A stretch of 63,669 bases of DNA, counting the filler, from Squatina squatina (Eukaryota): the NCBI GenBank assembly GCA_031763465.1. It is 3 parts of 3 records of this genome, joined end to end, with 100 filler letters (N's around TTAATTAATTAA, not from the genome) between each part and the next. Parts side by side here need not be neighbours in the genome. Positions count along the whole stretch, not along the records: positions 1 to 30,038 come from JARFOE010000046.1; 2 more parts are not named here. One strand, written 5' to 3'. A program made the translations under genes and the position numbers. Within the stretch, counting starts at the first letter, position 1, and the number at the start of each line of letters is the position of its first letter. The notes under the pieces were generated by a model, which worked only from the letters and a program-made list of their open reading frames with translations, ran no database searches and had not been told where the DNA came from. Positions 1-12,273 of this stretch are shown here, in pieces.

Positions 1-472
1 TTTCCTGCCCAGTTTGCATTGTGAAGAATCTGACTATTCGGCCACTAATTGTGTCAACTCCTTCAGATGCCCTCCAGCCTCAGCCCAGGGTTTCCACAGC
101 TGGCGTCATTGAATAGAGCCCGGCAAAGCACAAAAAAATAATAAGTGTACAGATGGACACAGAAGCTGTATTTGGAGTGACCTAAGCAGTGTGTGCAGAA
201 AGATCCCATTTAAGGCCTGGGAGGTGTCCTGAGAGCTGCTGGCTTCCTTTTGGACAGTTTCTGCTCTTAGTCTCCTGAAAGGAGTGAAGTTAGTTTAGCG
301 CCCATCAGGGACCGATGAGCGCTGAAATTAAGACACTTTTTAAAGCTGTCAGGATTTTTTTGACAAAGACACAAATTGCAGGACTTAAAGGTTCAGTGTT
401 AAAACAGGCGCAAAAATGACACCTTTTGGTCCATTAACGCCAGTAACTCAGGGAGGTTCAATTTTGTGCCCT
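1..472 (-). mobile_element. Terminal part of a PIF/Harbinger-derived non-autonomous DNA transposon, same family as 957-2132
   Basis: The reverse complement of 430-472 (tagggcacaaaattgaacctccctgagttactggcgttaatgg) closely matches the start of the element at 957 (tagggctcagtccctgagttactgacgctaatgg). The inner boundary is uncertain. Confidence 0.5.
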
Positions 473-956
473 ATGTTTTAAGTTTTATTCTGATATTTAT
501 GATTCTCCCTTAATCCCTGGTGTAAGTCCCAATTTTAATTCACTTCCTGTACAATGATTTAAATGTGATTTATATTCCCTGCTTTTTATGGCCTGCTTTG
601 CTGTCTGCAGGAACTCTTCAATCTGATTGGTGTATCAACCAGCCTACTCCACAGATCCCCTGTAGAAGGAGTCAAACTGAAAATGACTACGGAAAAGAGG
701 AAATCTGTGCTATAGAGCCCGCTTAATCAATGTGAGCAGCTTTTTTTGAGGTCAGCGCTGAGGAAACGTACCTTCACAGCTGACCACAAAACTGGGCCAC
801 TGTCTCTCAGAAAGGTGGGGAACTTCGCTTTAGAATTTTAGAAGTTCTAGGCCAGGGTGCACGAAAATTCAGTCCAAAATGGAAATGAGATCCACCATTT
901 TGAATCAATGGGTGCTTGTATTTGAATTATTCTGATACCTCAATTATAGCCAAAAC

Positions 957-2132
957 TAGGGCTCAGTCCCTGAGTTACTGACGCTAATGGACGAATAGAT
1001 GTGTTGTAAGCTCCCGTTTCAGTGCTGCCCCTTTAAGCCCTGCAATTTGGGACATAGAAAAAAAATTCTGGCAGCTTTAAAAAATGTGCTAAAGGGCACT
1101 TAGTTAGCGCTGGTTATCTTAGTTTCTTTCAGCAGGGCAATTGTGCAATGCATCTAAGGAGCTGCTATCAAGTGTCAGGCCACGTCAGACCTTAAAGGGG
1201 TTCATTTTGAAGACACTGCAATGCTTAGGTCAGTCAAATCCTAGGTCATTGGTGGGTGAGGAGGGATTGTCTTGTCAATTGCTGTGCTTGGCAGACATAA
1301 AGGATGGCGCCCTGCACCCTCGGGATGCCGGTTATGCTGGCAAAGCCCACACTCTGTCTTGCTGACCTGGCATCTGAAAACTCGCCGATCATACCTTATT
1401 TGATGTCACCTTCCTGTCCGACGTCTCGGAGGATGATGCAGGGCTGCGGCGTGTGCCACCAGTGACATTGCTGGTTGTGGCAAGTGAAGGGGTCACTGGG
1501 CGTGCTGATGATGAGCAGCTGGTGCTGCCTGCTGCCTGGCATCATCTTGGTGTGCCCTCATCTCTCTCGCATCCAAAAGGAGGCGATCCCTCTACATCAC
1601 GTACCTCCTGTAGCGTCGGTGGAGTTCCCACTCCAACATTAGTGATGCCTCCCATGGCCGAATGGTCAAATTTAAAAAATTCAAAAGTGGCTATGCAAAA
1701 CCACTTTTTAAGGTAAATGAACCACTTTTGCACTTTTTAACAGTGCCTACAACTCCATTTAGTTAAAAAAAATGCAAATTAAAAAAAAAAAGTTCTTACG
1801 CTGATTTTCTTGAAAAGAAATACTTAAAAGATCACTCCCCAACGGGTGACAGTGCCCAAAAAACTGGGCGTTGTCACTGCTGAACTTACCGTTCACCAAC
1901 GCGGCCGAATTGTTGGGCGGGCGGCCATCTTGGACGCCGCGGCTCATGATGATGTCTCTACCGCCGATCACCGCACTTGGAGCGTTGCTGGGGCAACGCT
2001 CCTTTAGCGCCCAGGATCGGGGGACCCTAAAAGGTGAGCGAAGCATTTTACGCAGAAAATTGGCATTAGGCCGCTACCGCCTGTTTCGTGCTACTTTAGC
2101 ACAGACATTGGCGGACGAATTGGCTGCCCCTA
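957..2132 (-). mobile_element. Internally deleted PIF/Harbinger DNA transposon with a transposase remnant
   Basis: Minus strand 1350-1303 translates to VGFASITGIPRVQGAI, the segment just before the first catalytic Asp of Harbinger/HARBI1-type DDE transposases. The Asp and downstream sequence are absent. The ends are imperfect inverted repeats (tagggc... and ...gaattggctgcccctag), and the interior is GC/CpG-rich. Confidence 0.65.
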
Positions 2133-2650
2133 GTATTTACAGCACAGAAACAGTCCATTCAGCCCAACTGGTCTATGCTGGTGTTTATGCTCCACACGAG
2201 CCTCCTCCCACCCTACTTTTTGTAACCCTATCTGCATATCCTTCTATTGCTTTCTCTATCATGTACTTATCTCGTTTCCCCTTAAAAGCATTTATGCTAT
2301 TCACCTCAATTATTCCAAGTGGTAGCAAGTTCCACATTCTAATCACCCTCTGAGTAAAAAAGTTTCTCCTAAATTCCTTATTGCATTTATAAGTGACTAA
2401 TTTTGAATACCCTATAAATCCCCCGTAATCTTCTCTCTGTCTACCCTATCAAACCCCTTCATAACTTAAAGACCTGTATCAGGTCACCCTTCAGTCTTCT
2501 CTTTTCTGAAGAAAAGAGCCCCAATCTGTCTTTCCAGATCGTTATAACCTCTCAGTTTTGGTATCATCCTTGTAAATCTTTTTTTTGCACCTTCTCCAGT
2601 GCCTCTGTTTCCATTTTGTAATATGGAGACCAGAACTGTGCACAACAGGC
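2133..2650 (-). mobile_element. CR1-clade LINE, 5'-truncated 3' end
   Basis: The minus-strand translation includes KKRFTRMIPKLRGYN..ERQIGALF, a typical CR1 ORF2 C-terminal region. The 3' UTR (acagcacagaaacagtccattcagcccaactggtctatgctgg) recurs at about 40345-40450. Confidence 0.8.
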
Positions 2651-3074
2651 TCAGATATAAATCCTGATTTATGTCGACCTGAAACGTGAACAGTGGCCGT
2701 TGAATGATCCAGAACAAGACTGTGGTGCTCGCCCTGCCTTGTCTTTATATGCACACAAAAGCATTCACAGCAGAAGTTTACAATTGTAATCACCGCAGAA
2801 ATGCTGTGCTCGGCCTGGTCATTGCTAATCACGAATTGAACTCTACACAATAAAGATCTCAGTTGATTGCCTCCTTTTTTTAAAAGCAGCTACGAGCGCC
2901 ACCATTTGTGATTAGGTTATTAAATATTAAATTTGTGTTAGGAGCTGACGATCTCTGGCATTTTTATTGTGTAAATATAACCAAGGTCCATTCAGAATAT
3001 GCGGTTTTAGAAAATGTGATTGAGTTTGGGTTTTCAAAGACAGCTTGTATGGTTTTATTGGTAACTGTGTGAAG

Positions 3075-3178
3075 CTGAGGCACAGAGTTTAATCGGGTAG
3101 ATTTAGAGAAAATGTTTACACATATGGGGAGACCAGAACTAGGGGCCATAAATATAAGATAGTCACCGATAAATCCAT
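3075..3178 (+). mobile_element. CR1 LINE fragment (ORF2 C-terminus)
   Basis: gagtttaatcgggtagatttagagaaaatgttt...accagaactaggggccataaatataagatag encodes the CR1 RTRGHKYKI motif. Confidence 0.65.
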
Positions 3179-3349
3179 AGAAGATCCCGTGGCACTATTT
3201 CGAAGAAGAGCAAGGGTGTCCTGGCCAATATTTATCCCTCAATCAACATTAAAACAGATTATCTGGTCATTAACACATTGCTGTTTGTGGGAGCTTGCTG
3301 TGCACAAATTGGCTGCCGCTTTTCCCACATTACAACAGTGAGCACACGT
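3179..3349 (+). mobile_element. SacSINE1/DeuSINE-like SINE fragment
   Basis: Deu-domain-like sequence aagatcccgtggcactatttcgaagaagagc...cagattatctggtcattaacacattgctgtttgtgggagcttgctgtgcacaaattggctgccg, with other copies at 14715 and 26400. Confidence 0.75.
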
Positions 3350-3629
3350 NNNNNNNNNNNNNNNNNNNNNNNNNNNNNNNNNNNNNNNNNNNNNNNNNNN
3401 NNNNNNNNNNNNNNNNNNNNNNNNNNNNNNNNNNNNNNNNNNNNNNNNNTTACTGAAAGCTCCCTGACTCATTAGAGTATTTTGGAGCTAAGAAAACATT
3501 GTAAATGTAATGATTAAGCTCTATTTAGGAGGTTGTTTGAGACAGCAGTAGTTACATCTAAAATAGTAACAAGAGGCAGCAGTTGTGACATAATGGAGAG
3601 CACTAATGTATCTTCTGCATATGTATATA

Positions 3630-3741
3630 GGGATAGTACGTGAAGGTGAAGTTGAGAAGATCAGCCATGATCTTACTGAACGGCAGAGCAGGCTTGAAGG
3701 GCCAAATGGCCTGCCCCTATTTCTTATGTCCTTATGTTCTC
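3630..3741 (+). mobile_element. CR1/HER1 LINE or HE1-type SINE 3' tail
   Basis: gatcagccatgatctt...gagcaggcttgaagggccaaatggcct followed by the (cttatgt)n tail. The same tail occurs at about 23240, 61150 and 62740. Confidence 0.75.
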
Positions 3742-6700
3742 GGTAATATTCACCTTTAAATTAAAAAAAAATAACTTTCAAAAGAACCAATTTATTCCAT
3801 TTGTAAACAAAGCTTTCATAACTCTGTTATGACTTAGTCACGAGTCACTGAGTCTTTCTCTATAGGGTTTATTCTACGATCTTGCATTCCCAGTGGGGTG
3901 CTTTGCTCACAGGAGCAGAGGTCAAAGAATTGGGCTACAGTGTTGTTGTCCAGCTCCAACCCTTTTTGAGTGTGGTTTTCTGACTAGAGTCGTAGGATTA
4001 TAGAATCTTCCCTTGTCTGTATTCTACTGCAAGAAGCCTGGAATACTAAGAGCCATAATTACTCTGTTTCTGTACAGAATGAACGGTACTGACTTATTAT
4101 TTTTAACATGCTTTGATGGAAAATCAAATAGTTCTTTCTGCAGTGATAATGTAAAGCATTGTAGTGTGGGGTATTTTTACAGTCTTAGAAAATCATGATG
4201 GCGTGTAATTGAATTACAAAGTAATAATCTAATTGAGGCACAATTCCAAGTCCTTCACAAGAGAGTAGAGGATAAAAAAAGCAGTAAACAGGATTATAAA
4301 TTGGCGCAATAATAAAAAAACAAAGGGTTGTAATAAATAATACCAGTCTAGTTGGTAAAGTTGTATTTACAGTGGCCATTTTTTTGGCAGCTGCTCACTT
4401 TTCTGATGCCTCTAATCTTTGGATGTTTTTGTGGATTTTATTTAAATTGCCTTTTTATTGTAGCTGAAACCTTTAGAGTGGCAAACATGAAACTAATCAA
4501 GCACTTATTCAACTCCCCTTTAATTACGATAAATGGGATGTAAGATATTATGACACTGTCTTCTCCCAATTACATTGCATTGCTGGAAGTACACTCACTC
4601 AGATGCTNNNNNNNNNNNNNNNNNNNNNNNNNNNNNNNNNNNNNNNNNNNNNNNNNNNNNNNNNNNNNNNNNNNNNNNNNNNNNNNNNNNNNNNNNNNNN
4701 NNNNNNNTGCACAAGTTACTTTATGGTAGTTGTCATTAACACAACTGTATCTAGAACCTTTTGAGAGTACAGGTGGCTATCAAATCTGACGAGAATTCGA
4801 CGTGCCTGAAGTATTGCCTTTGAAACTGTTGGTTTGGGTTTGGTTAAAATGTGGCCTGAGTTTTTTCACATTACTACAGACGGACTGTACCACTATCCTT
4901 CAGGTTGCAATTAGTCAAAGCTGAGGTAAGACAAGTTTGATCTACATGATTTTAGCTAGCATATCATCAAGTTTAATTTAGGGGTTAATATAACGCATCA
5001 TATAATAATGACAGATACAATCAGTGACAAAGAATTGTGCAGTAGTTTATAATTATCTGATCCAGACATCTATTTTTTATTAACATAGTAAGAATATTGT
5101 TTTATAGCGGTAGATAACTTTGCAGACTAAACAAAATGTTATTAATCTTTCAAAACTGGAAGAGCCAAAGGAAATCTTAGGCCAGGATGGCTCTGACCCA
5201 GTTCACTTAACCAAAAAATGATGAGCAAGAACAAGGCAGGAAGGGGGAGGGGAAGAAGGAAGGAGCTCATCAGTAAACATTTAAGTTATGGCAGCAAGCT
5301 CTGAAAGACTGTTTCTCCATCCTGATACCATAATCTTCCCTAAACGAGAAAGAATCCCACAGACATCCAGCATTAAAAGGAAATAGTTTCACTCACTGCT
5401 GTGCTTTGCTGTCAAATTAAGGGGAACTTTTCTGTATTCAATCAGATAAAATGTTCACTGATTCAAAGTTGGCTGCAATCTCCAACAGACTCACTAACAC
5501 AGGAACTTTGGTATGTGGTGGAAAATTGAATTTTTCGTTGGTTTTGTGTGATCAAACATCTGTTAGTGATTGAATTAATATTTAATACACCATTGCGGTC
5601 CTCTTTTTCTTTTGTTATGATAATAATAAGTAATACAGGGTGAGAAATGGTTTTCCTTTAGTGTGGAGTTCTGCATGGTTCATGTTAATGTGTGTAAAGT
5701 GTCAGCTTGGCTCAATTCAGCACTCTTGCCTCGACATATCTGCAAAAGCTGATTGGCCACTTTAGAAAAGTTGACATGGCACCAATAAAGCTGACAACTC
5801 AAAAGAAGCTCTAAATATATGTTGAAAGCACCTGAAAACAAGTAGTTGAACTAAAAGTGCAATGCGAAAACAGACGTGTCATAACTTAAGCTGTAGGTTT
5901 ATCCAATGGTCGGTTATATGTGACGAGAAGAAAACTAAAGTATGTAAACATTTTATATCAGTGGTGGGTTCAGAAATATCTGAAAGGGTGATGTAAGTGT
6001 CCTGATGATACAAAATGTAAACATAAATTTTCTAATTGCCATTAGCTAGAATGGAAGTAGAGTGAAGTGTCACTCATGTCTGCTGGATGGGATGAGCACT
6101 GGTCCTAAACAGAGCCCGAGGGCAAAGATAAGATTGTGCCAACCAGCCACACCACCACTTGGCCAAATAGTACAAGAAGTTTAATGACCATATCATGAAA
6201 CCATCATGTCACTCTNNNNNNNNNNCCTCTAAATGTTACTGAGGTAAAACACATAAGTCTGAGAATAGTTGGCACTGCCAACACTTCAGAGTACTCGTTC
6301 CACCCACTCTGTCCCTCCCAAGCACCAGCACAAAGACATTATAGAATAAACCAGAGGGGAGTGCACTGAGTGACATAGAACACGAGTGGCATAGAAGGAG
6401 GAAGGAGCTGCAGTTGAAGTAACCTTGATGAGTTGCTACAGTGCATCCTGTAGATCCTGCACACCACAGACTGAGTGCACCAGTAATGGAGGGGATGGAT
6501 ATTGAATNNNNNNNNNNNNNNNNNNNNNNNNNNNNNNNNNNNNNNNNNNNNNNNNNNNNNNNNNNNNNNNNNNNNNNNNNNNNNNNNNNNNNNNNNNNNN
6601 NNNNNNNGAACTATTTAGCCTCTTGTAAATTTGGAGAATCCTGGATGAGGAATTTCATAATCTGCATGCAAATAATCCCAAAGGACCCAACACACCATCT

Positions 6701-7649
6701 GGAAGATTCACTGTGGTACAATTTTTTGTTTTTTATAAGTACCACCTCATCAATTACTTTACAACCTTATAACTTCAAGTCTGTTACTTTGTCAACAGTA
6801 TTGCATAATCAAGTCTCCAAAACCTGAACATCAAGACATCAAAAGCATGGGTGGCATGTGATGAATAACTGCACATTAAACTCCTTTTCATTAATTTCTG
6901 CCTCAAAGGCAAATCTGCTAATGTTGTCATAGACTAATTTACACTGTGAGAACTTGCAGTTACCAGTTGTTGTGAGCCAGGAGGCAAAAGCTAGACTGTT
7001 TCCATAGTAAACAGAATTTTACAACTGATCAGATAGTAAGGTTCGGTCCTTCCTGCTAGATTTCATTTTGGGTGACTTTTCAGCTTGAGGTAGATGTGGT
7101 CCCAAGCATGTGATCCTCACTAAACAGAAACATAGCTACTGGTGTCAGTGAACTAAATCATAGGTTACAGATTATGGCTTTCTAAGCCAAAGTACATCAG
7201 GGGGCATTTTCAGAGATGAAAATTCGCCTTGACTGTTTTGTGCTGAGACAGCCTCGATGTGGCGGCTGAGCTGTAGACTGAGATTGGACAGGTCTGACAG
7301 CAATAGCCATGGGCAGGAAAAACAAGCTGAAAAATAGAAAAGTAAAATTCAGAGGCCTAGTCACATCTGGATTTTATCATCTCTTTTTTTCTGGGTAGTA
7401 TTACACTAAACAATTATCTGCAGATCAGGAGACAGTGGGGACTTTAAAGCACCGAATTACAGAGAAAATTCAAGGAGATGAAAAGCAGCACATGCATCCC
7501 ATCACTTTAATGAAATCAGCCTGACAGTCATGCCACGGCACTCAGGCACTGTCCTAACTATTACCGAAACAACATGTAGGAAAAGGGGGCTTCTTTTTAT
7601 CTCATAAAGCTAAAATCTACCCCCATGTTTCTTTTCTTGTGAAGTGAGT

Positions 7650-7930
7650 GACACTGTAGGGACAGAGGAATGTGCAGAGAGAGTCCACAGCAGATTAATT
7701 GGCTAGTCCCAAAGTTCTTTCTACAGATCGGTGAGTTGACAACTAGAGGCCATAAATTGATCATAAACTATCAGCAAAGGAACAACGAGAAAGGTTAAGA
7801 GCAATTTTGTTGGGGTATGGAATCCCCAACCAGAAACAGTGGCAGTAATCTAATGGATGGAGAATCAGGGGCTGGCTGTGTGTTGGGAATATTGAGGGGG
7901 CAAATCTCCGTCCTTATGTTTAATACCTTG
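7650..7930 (+). mobile_element. Old, degenerate CR1 fragment
   Basis: acaactagaggccataaattga (TRGHKL motif) and downstream tggaat...ccagaaacagtggc resemble the CR1 ORF2 end. Confidence 0.45.
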
Positions 7931-10379
7931 TAAAGCAGCTCATTCGGTCGTGTGAAGAGATGGTGGAAAGAGTGATCAATTTATGAAAGACATTTCTCCT
8001 TATGTAAGGGCAGATTACATGGCCTCGTGCTCATGCATTTNNNNNNNNNNNNNNNNNNNNNNNNNNNNNNNNNNNNNNNNNNNNNNNNNNNNNNNNNNNN
8101 NNNNNNNNNNNNNNNNNNNNNNNNNNNNNNNNNNNNNNNNGCATCCAATAACAGCAATGGCTCCAGTCAATATTTACTGCTGTTGCTGCCTGTGGATCCA
8201 ACAGTTAGCCGAACAAGTCAGCAACTGATTAAAATCAATTTGATTCGCTGCACCGTTCCGCAGACTGAAAGAGTGCGTGATGGGTTTTGATGCAGTAACC
8301 TATGGGTGTATCATTATTGTCTGGCTAAGGCACAGTGCAGCAATCATCCCTAACTGCGACTGTCTCCAGAGGAGGTTCCCTTGGCCTGGTCTGTGCTCAG
8401 TACACTTGGCTTTTCTCTCATTAAATCATGGCAGGTCAAAGAAAAGCCGCCTGTTGTGAACCTGGAGCAGGAAGGAATGAATTGATAATGAGCCATGATA
8501 CACTGTGTTACCATTCAATACAGTGCTTTACATATTCTTCATCTACTGAAGAGAATCTAAATCCTTTCTCCACTGGCCAGTCTTTTAAAACACTTTTTTT
8601 AGTCTGACAGAAGGTCAAACATAAAGGACAAATTATGTTGCCAACATTTATTTTCAGGCAAATGTTACTTAAACAAATGTTTTTCTTTTGCCTTTTGTCA
8701 TTTGCACCCTTAAAATGAAGATCTTGGGCTACTGTTATAAATAATTACAATTTAAAAGAAAAAGATTGAAAGGATAGGCAACAGGTATAGATATGGCTTT
8801 GAAAGATGACTCCATCCGAACTGCACAATCACAAATGGCATTTGCATTATAGGGATCAAAGGCAGATCCACCCTAACTGTAAATGTGTATAATCTGAATC
8901 CTCCATTGCGTTAGGGATTTTGTTTGCGTCTAAATGAACAAGTGTGCTGGTGTGTGAAACTGCAGTGGGATCGATCATTTTCCTGGACAGGGGAGTNNNN
9001 NNNNNNNNNNNNNNNNNNNNNNNNNNNNNNNNNNNNNNNNNNNNNNNNNNNNNNNNNNNNNNNNNNNNNNNNNNNNNNNNNNNNNNNNNNNNNNNNTGGG
9101 CCTCATGATTGAAGAGGTACAAGGCCAAACCTTGTACCAATTGTACCAGAGATGACAGGCACAAATTCCAAAGCAAGACAGTTTAATCAACAGACAGATG
9201 GTTTAAGAACATGAGACATCTTTTGGGAGGAACTTAAGTCAAGATTCAAACAAAGAACTCGAGGCTCTATTGACTAATGATTTTTAGGGAAACCTCGATA
9301 GGCCAAAAGGTCTCTTCAATATCCCATTCCAGGTCCACCCCTAAAAACACAACAAAAGTATTGACCGGAGGGCCTGCCCCTGGCAATCGGTGGTGGGCAT
9401 AATTGAAGTTAGATTGGCCGAACACTCTTTCAAGAGCAGTTCCCATGCTCACCGAAGGAGGTTCTAGATAGACGAAGTGAGGCCAGAAGTCACACGCACA
9501 GGCTGGTTGTCCAATTGTGATTGGTACAAGCTATTGTATGTTTTTGCTAAACAACTAATGTGTTATATTCGTCTTTCACTCTGATTAAACACAATATATC
9601 CACCAAATTGGTTTACAGTTGATTCTGATTATTAAAGTGAATCTGAAAAGACTCCAATTATTCATGTAAGATGAGATCGTAACATTTGAAATCAAGGGGA
9701 CAACTATAATGGAAAGGGGATGACTCAAGAAAAACACAGTTGCTTGAAGTACTAATATTTGAATGACGATCAACATACTTACAAATAATAGCCGTGTACT
9801 TAACGCTAATCAGAACGGGCGCCATCCACCTCAACAAGGTAGCAATTTTCTTTCATTATAGCCATATCTGGATAGAAAAATGTAGGATTCCACTGAGCAA
9901 ATTACAAGGTGTTAATAATAATATAATTGTAGCAATCTTCTAACTTTTTCTTGAACCTATAATCAGCACAAGTAGCTTCTGGAATAAGCATACAGTTTGG
10001 GTTAAGAGGCCATATCATATTTTTTAGAAGTGTTCTTTAAAACCACTAAAAGTAAGGCATGCTACAAACTGCCTTGTCTTTTGCCTTGTTCAATGATTTT
10101 ATTAAAGGTTTTGTGATGTCAGCTACACAGCACTTTTATGAAGCCATAAACAAAATGATGAATCATGATGTCATTGCTCTCCAATCAGGTCACTCTAATT
10201 TGAGTCATGAGACACCTTTCAGTCTGTTAAATAGTTGATCTAACAATCTAATAATTGGGGCATAAATAAACTACTGTTGTGGCAGCTCGGTGTAACTACT
10301 TCATTAAAGGAAGTGGTACAATGACTACAAAGTGCTTTGCAAGACACTTCCCTACGTATATTTTTTCCTCTGTCTAATT

Positions 10380-10770
10380 TACTTTCCCTTTTTGCTGACA
10401 GTGCTGACTCATGCTAGAATAGGTTTCCAATATCTCATCCAAGAGACTAGTTTTCATATATGAGCCCAGACAGTGTCTGCTGGTAAATAGATTTGGCTGT
10501 GGAGCCATCATAGCTGAGCTCGATGCTGTCCTCACCCAATATCCACATAGGTACACTTCTGAGCAGTGGTCACTGGCTATCAATCACCAACAGTGTCTTT
10601 GGCTAATATTCTCTGCATAGCCCAGAAGTACTAAGACCAGTTTTAGCATCCCTGGTGCCACTTAGCTTGGAGTCAGCTAACTGAGCACAGACTAGGGATA
10701 AAACATCCTGGTCTGTGTTGTTTAGCACCACACTGGACAGTTTAGCAACCAAGCGGACAGCTTGTTTACT
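10380..10770 (-). repeat. Unclassified dispersed SINE-like repeat
   Basis: Shares blocks (gaggacagcatc, cactgtctgggctc, aatggccacttg-like) with 48050-48330 and 60520-60830. Confidence 0.55.
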
Positions 10771-11559
10771 ATGTATATAAAGAGAGGAGGGCATGATGAT
10801 GGTGGCTATTCATTACTTTTATTTTCTTTTTACTTATAAAATAAGATTAAAGCTACAAATAAAGCTTTGTAAAAAATGAATGCTGCAGTACTATGGCCTT
10901 CTGTGGCCATAGTTTCCATGGTGATCAGCACCGCAGAGTGGTGGCAGAGTTTTGTGGTAGATGTTCCTAGTTGTTACGAGTGGATTCTGGTCATTGACAA
11001 TTCAGGAGCTGACAATTCTCCTATAAGTTAATACATTAGCAAAGGCAAGTATGGCCACCATGAATGTTTAACCAGTTTGGATATTCTGGGTATGAAATTC
11101 AACTTTAGCGAGGCTACAAAATGAACGGTGGAAGATCAGCTGTCCATGATACACCTCACCTGATTTTCATTTCCATTGAAGTCAATTGTATTTTTCATGA
11201 CAGTGAGTATTGGGAGGCTATTTTACTATAAGTGACAGCACAGCTAAGTCTGATACTGCCTTCACCCCAACTGCCACACATCCTGTGCNNNNNNNNNNNN
11301 NNNNNNNNNNNNNNNNNNNNNNNNNNNNNNNNNNNNNNNNNNNNNNNNNNNNNNNNNNNNNNNNNNNNNNNNNNNNNNNNNNNNNNNNAGGCAGACAGGT
11401 CTCCGAACAGGTGCCTTCAGGCACAAAGAACAAAGTATTACATCCATTCTCTCCCCACAGTTTATTGCTTTCTATGAAGTTTTTTTTTGAGGGGTTCAGT
11501 TTTTTTTTGCGCCCGTCCTTTTTTCGGGGTAATGGTGGAGGGGTGACGATCGGTTCCCT

Positions 11560-11897
11560 TTTCACTTAATTAGCTGCATGTTTACAATGAGATTAGAGCC
11601 CCGCAGCTATCACTAACCCAGCACAGCGAGTGGCCCATCTGATTAAGGACTAATTTATTTAAAACGATCATTTACTGCTACTGGCACTTTCATCAACCAA
11701 TCGCGTTGTCAGGACGACAGCGCCACCCGGCCAGAAGTCCCTGATTGGCTGAAAGTTTCGCCCCCTTGTAAAGTTTTGCAACCTTTACTACAGTTCCATG
11801 CCTCTCTGACCCTTTAGTTGGGGAAGTTGCTTAGTTTGGTAAAGGATCACTTTCTCTAGAGTTGTAACTTTTTTTTTATGTCTTTTTATTGCCCGTC
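11560..11897 (+). promoter_or_regulatory. MSX2: MSX2 proximal promoter and 5' UTR
   Basis: Immediately upstream of the start codon and CpG-enriched. CCAAT at 11697-11701, reverse CCAAT (ctgATTGGct) at 11741-11750, and several TAAT/ATTA homeodomain cores at 11566-11660. The transcription start site cannot be determined. Confidence 0.6.
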
Positions 11898-12273
11898 ATG
11901 ATGTCTTCGCCACAAGGCTCAACATTGAAGGATAACAGCGTCTCTGACCCGCAGATCCAAAGGGTTGCTGAAACTGCTTTGAACGATCACAAAGTCCAAG
12001 TGTCGAGTCTCCCCTTCAGTGTCGAAGCGTTGATGTCCGATCGGAAGCCGCACCGAGGTGGTTTACCTCCTTCGGATGGAGCAGGCGGCAGCACTTCGCA
12101 AAAACTTCCCTCCAAACCAGTGGCCAGGGAGTCGCAGAGCCCGATAGACTCTTCCTGCTCGCTGGAAGGTTTTATAAAGACTTACGACAGTTCGTCAGTG
12201 AAATCTGAAAACTGCAAGGAAGAAGATTGTGTCCCGTGGGGCAAAAATTCAAGTTACTCGCCGCCTCCAAATA
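11898..12273 (+). CDS. MSX2: MSX2 homeobox protein, coding exon 1
   Basis: MMSSPQG...KVQVSSLPFSVEALMSDRKP (eh1 motif FSVEALM at 12015-12035)...SVKSEN...PW...YSPPP, followed by a phase-1 donor A|GTGAGT at 12274. The VSSLPFSVEALMSD and SVKSEN blocks match MSX2 as I recall it. Confidence 0.92.

Noticed and set aside
1871-2353. 160-aa ORF, the longest gap-free ORF in the track
   Set aside because: It starts at TTG, runs from a GC-rich transposon interior into an antisense CR1 tail, and has no recognisable domain.
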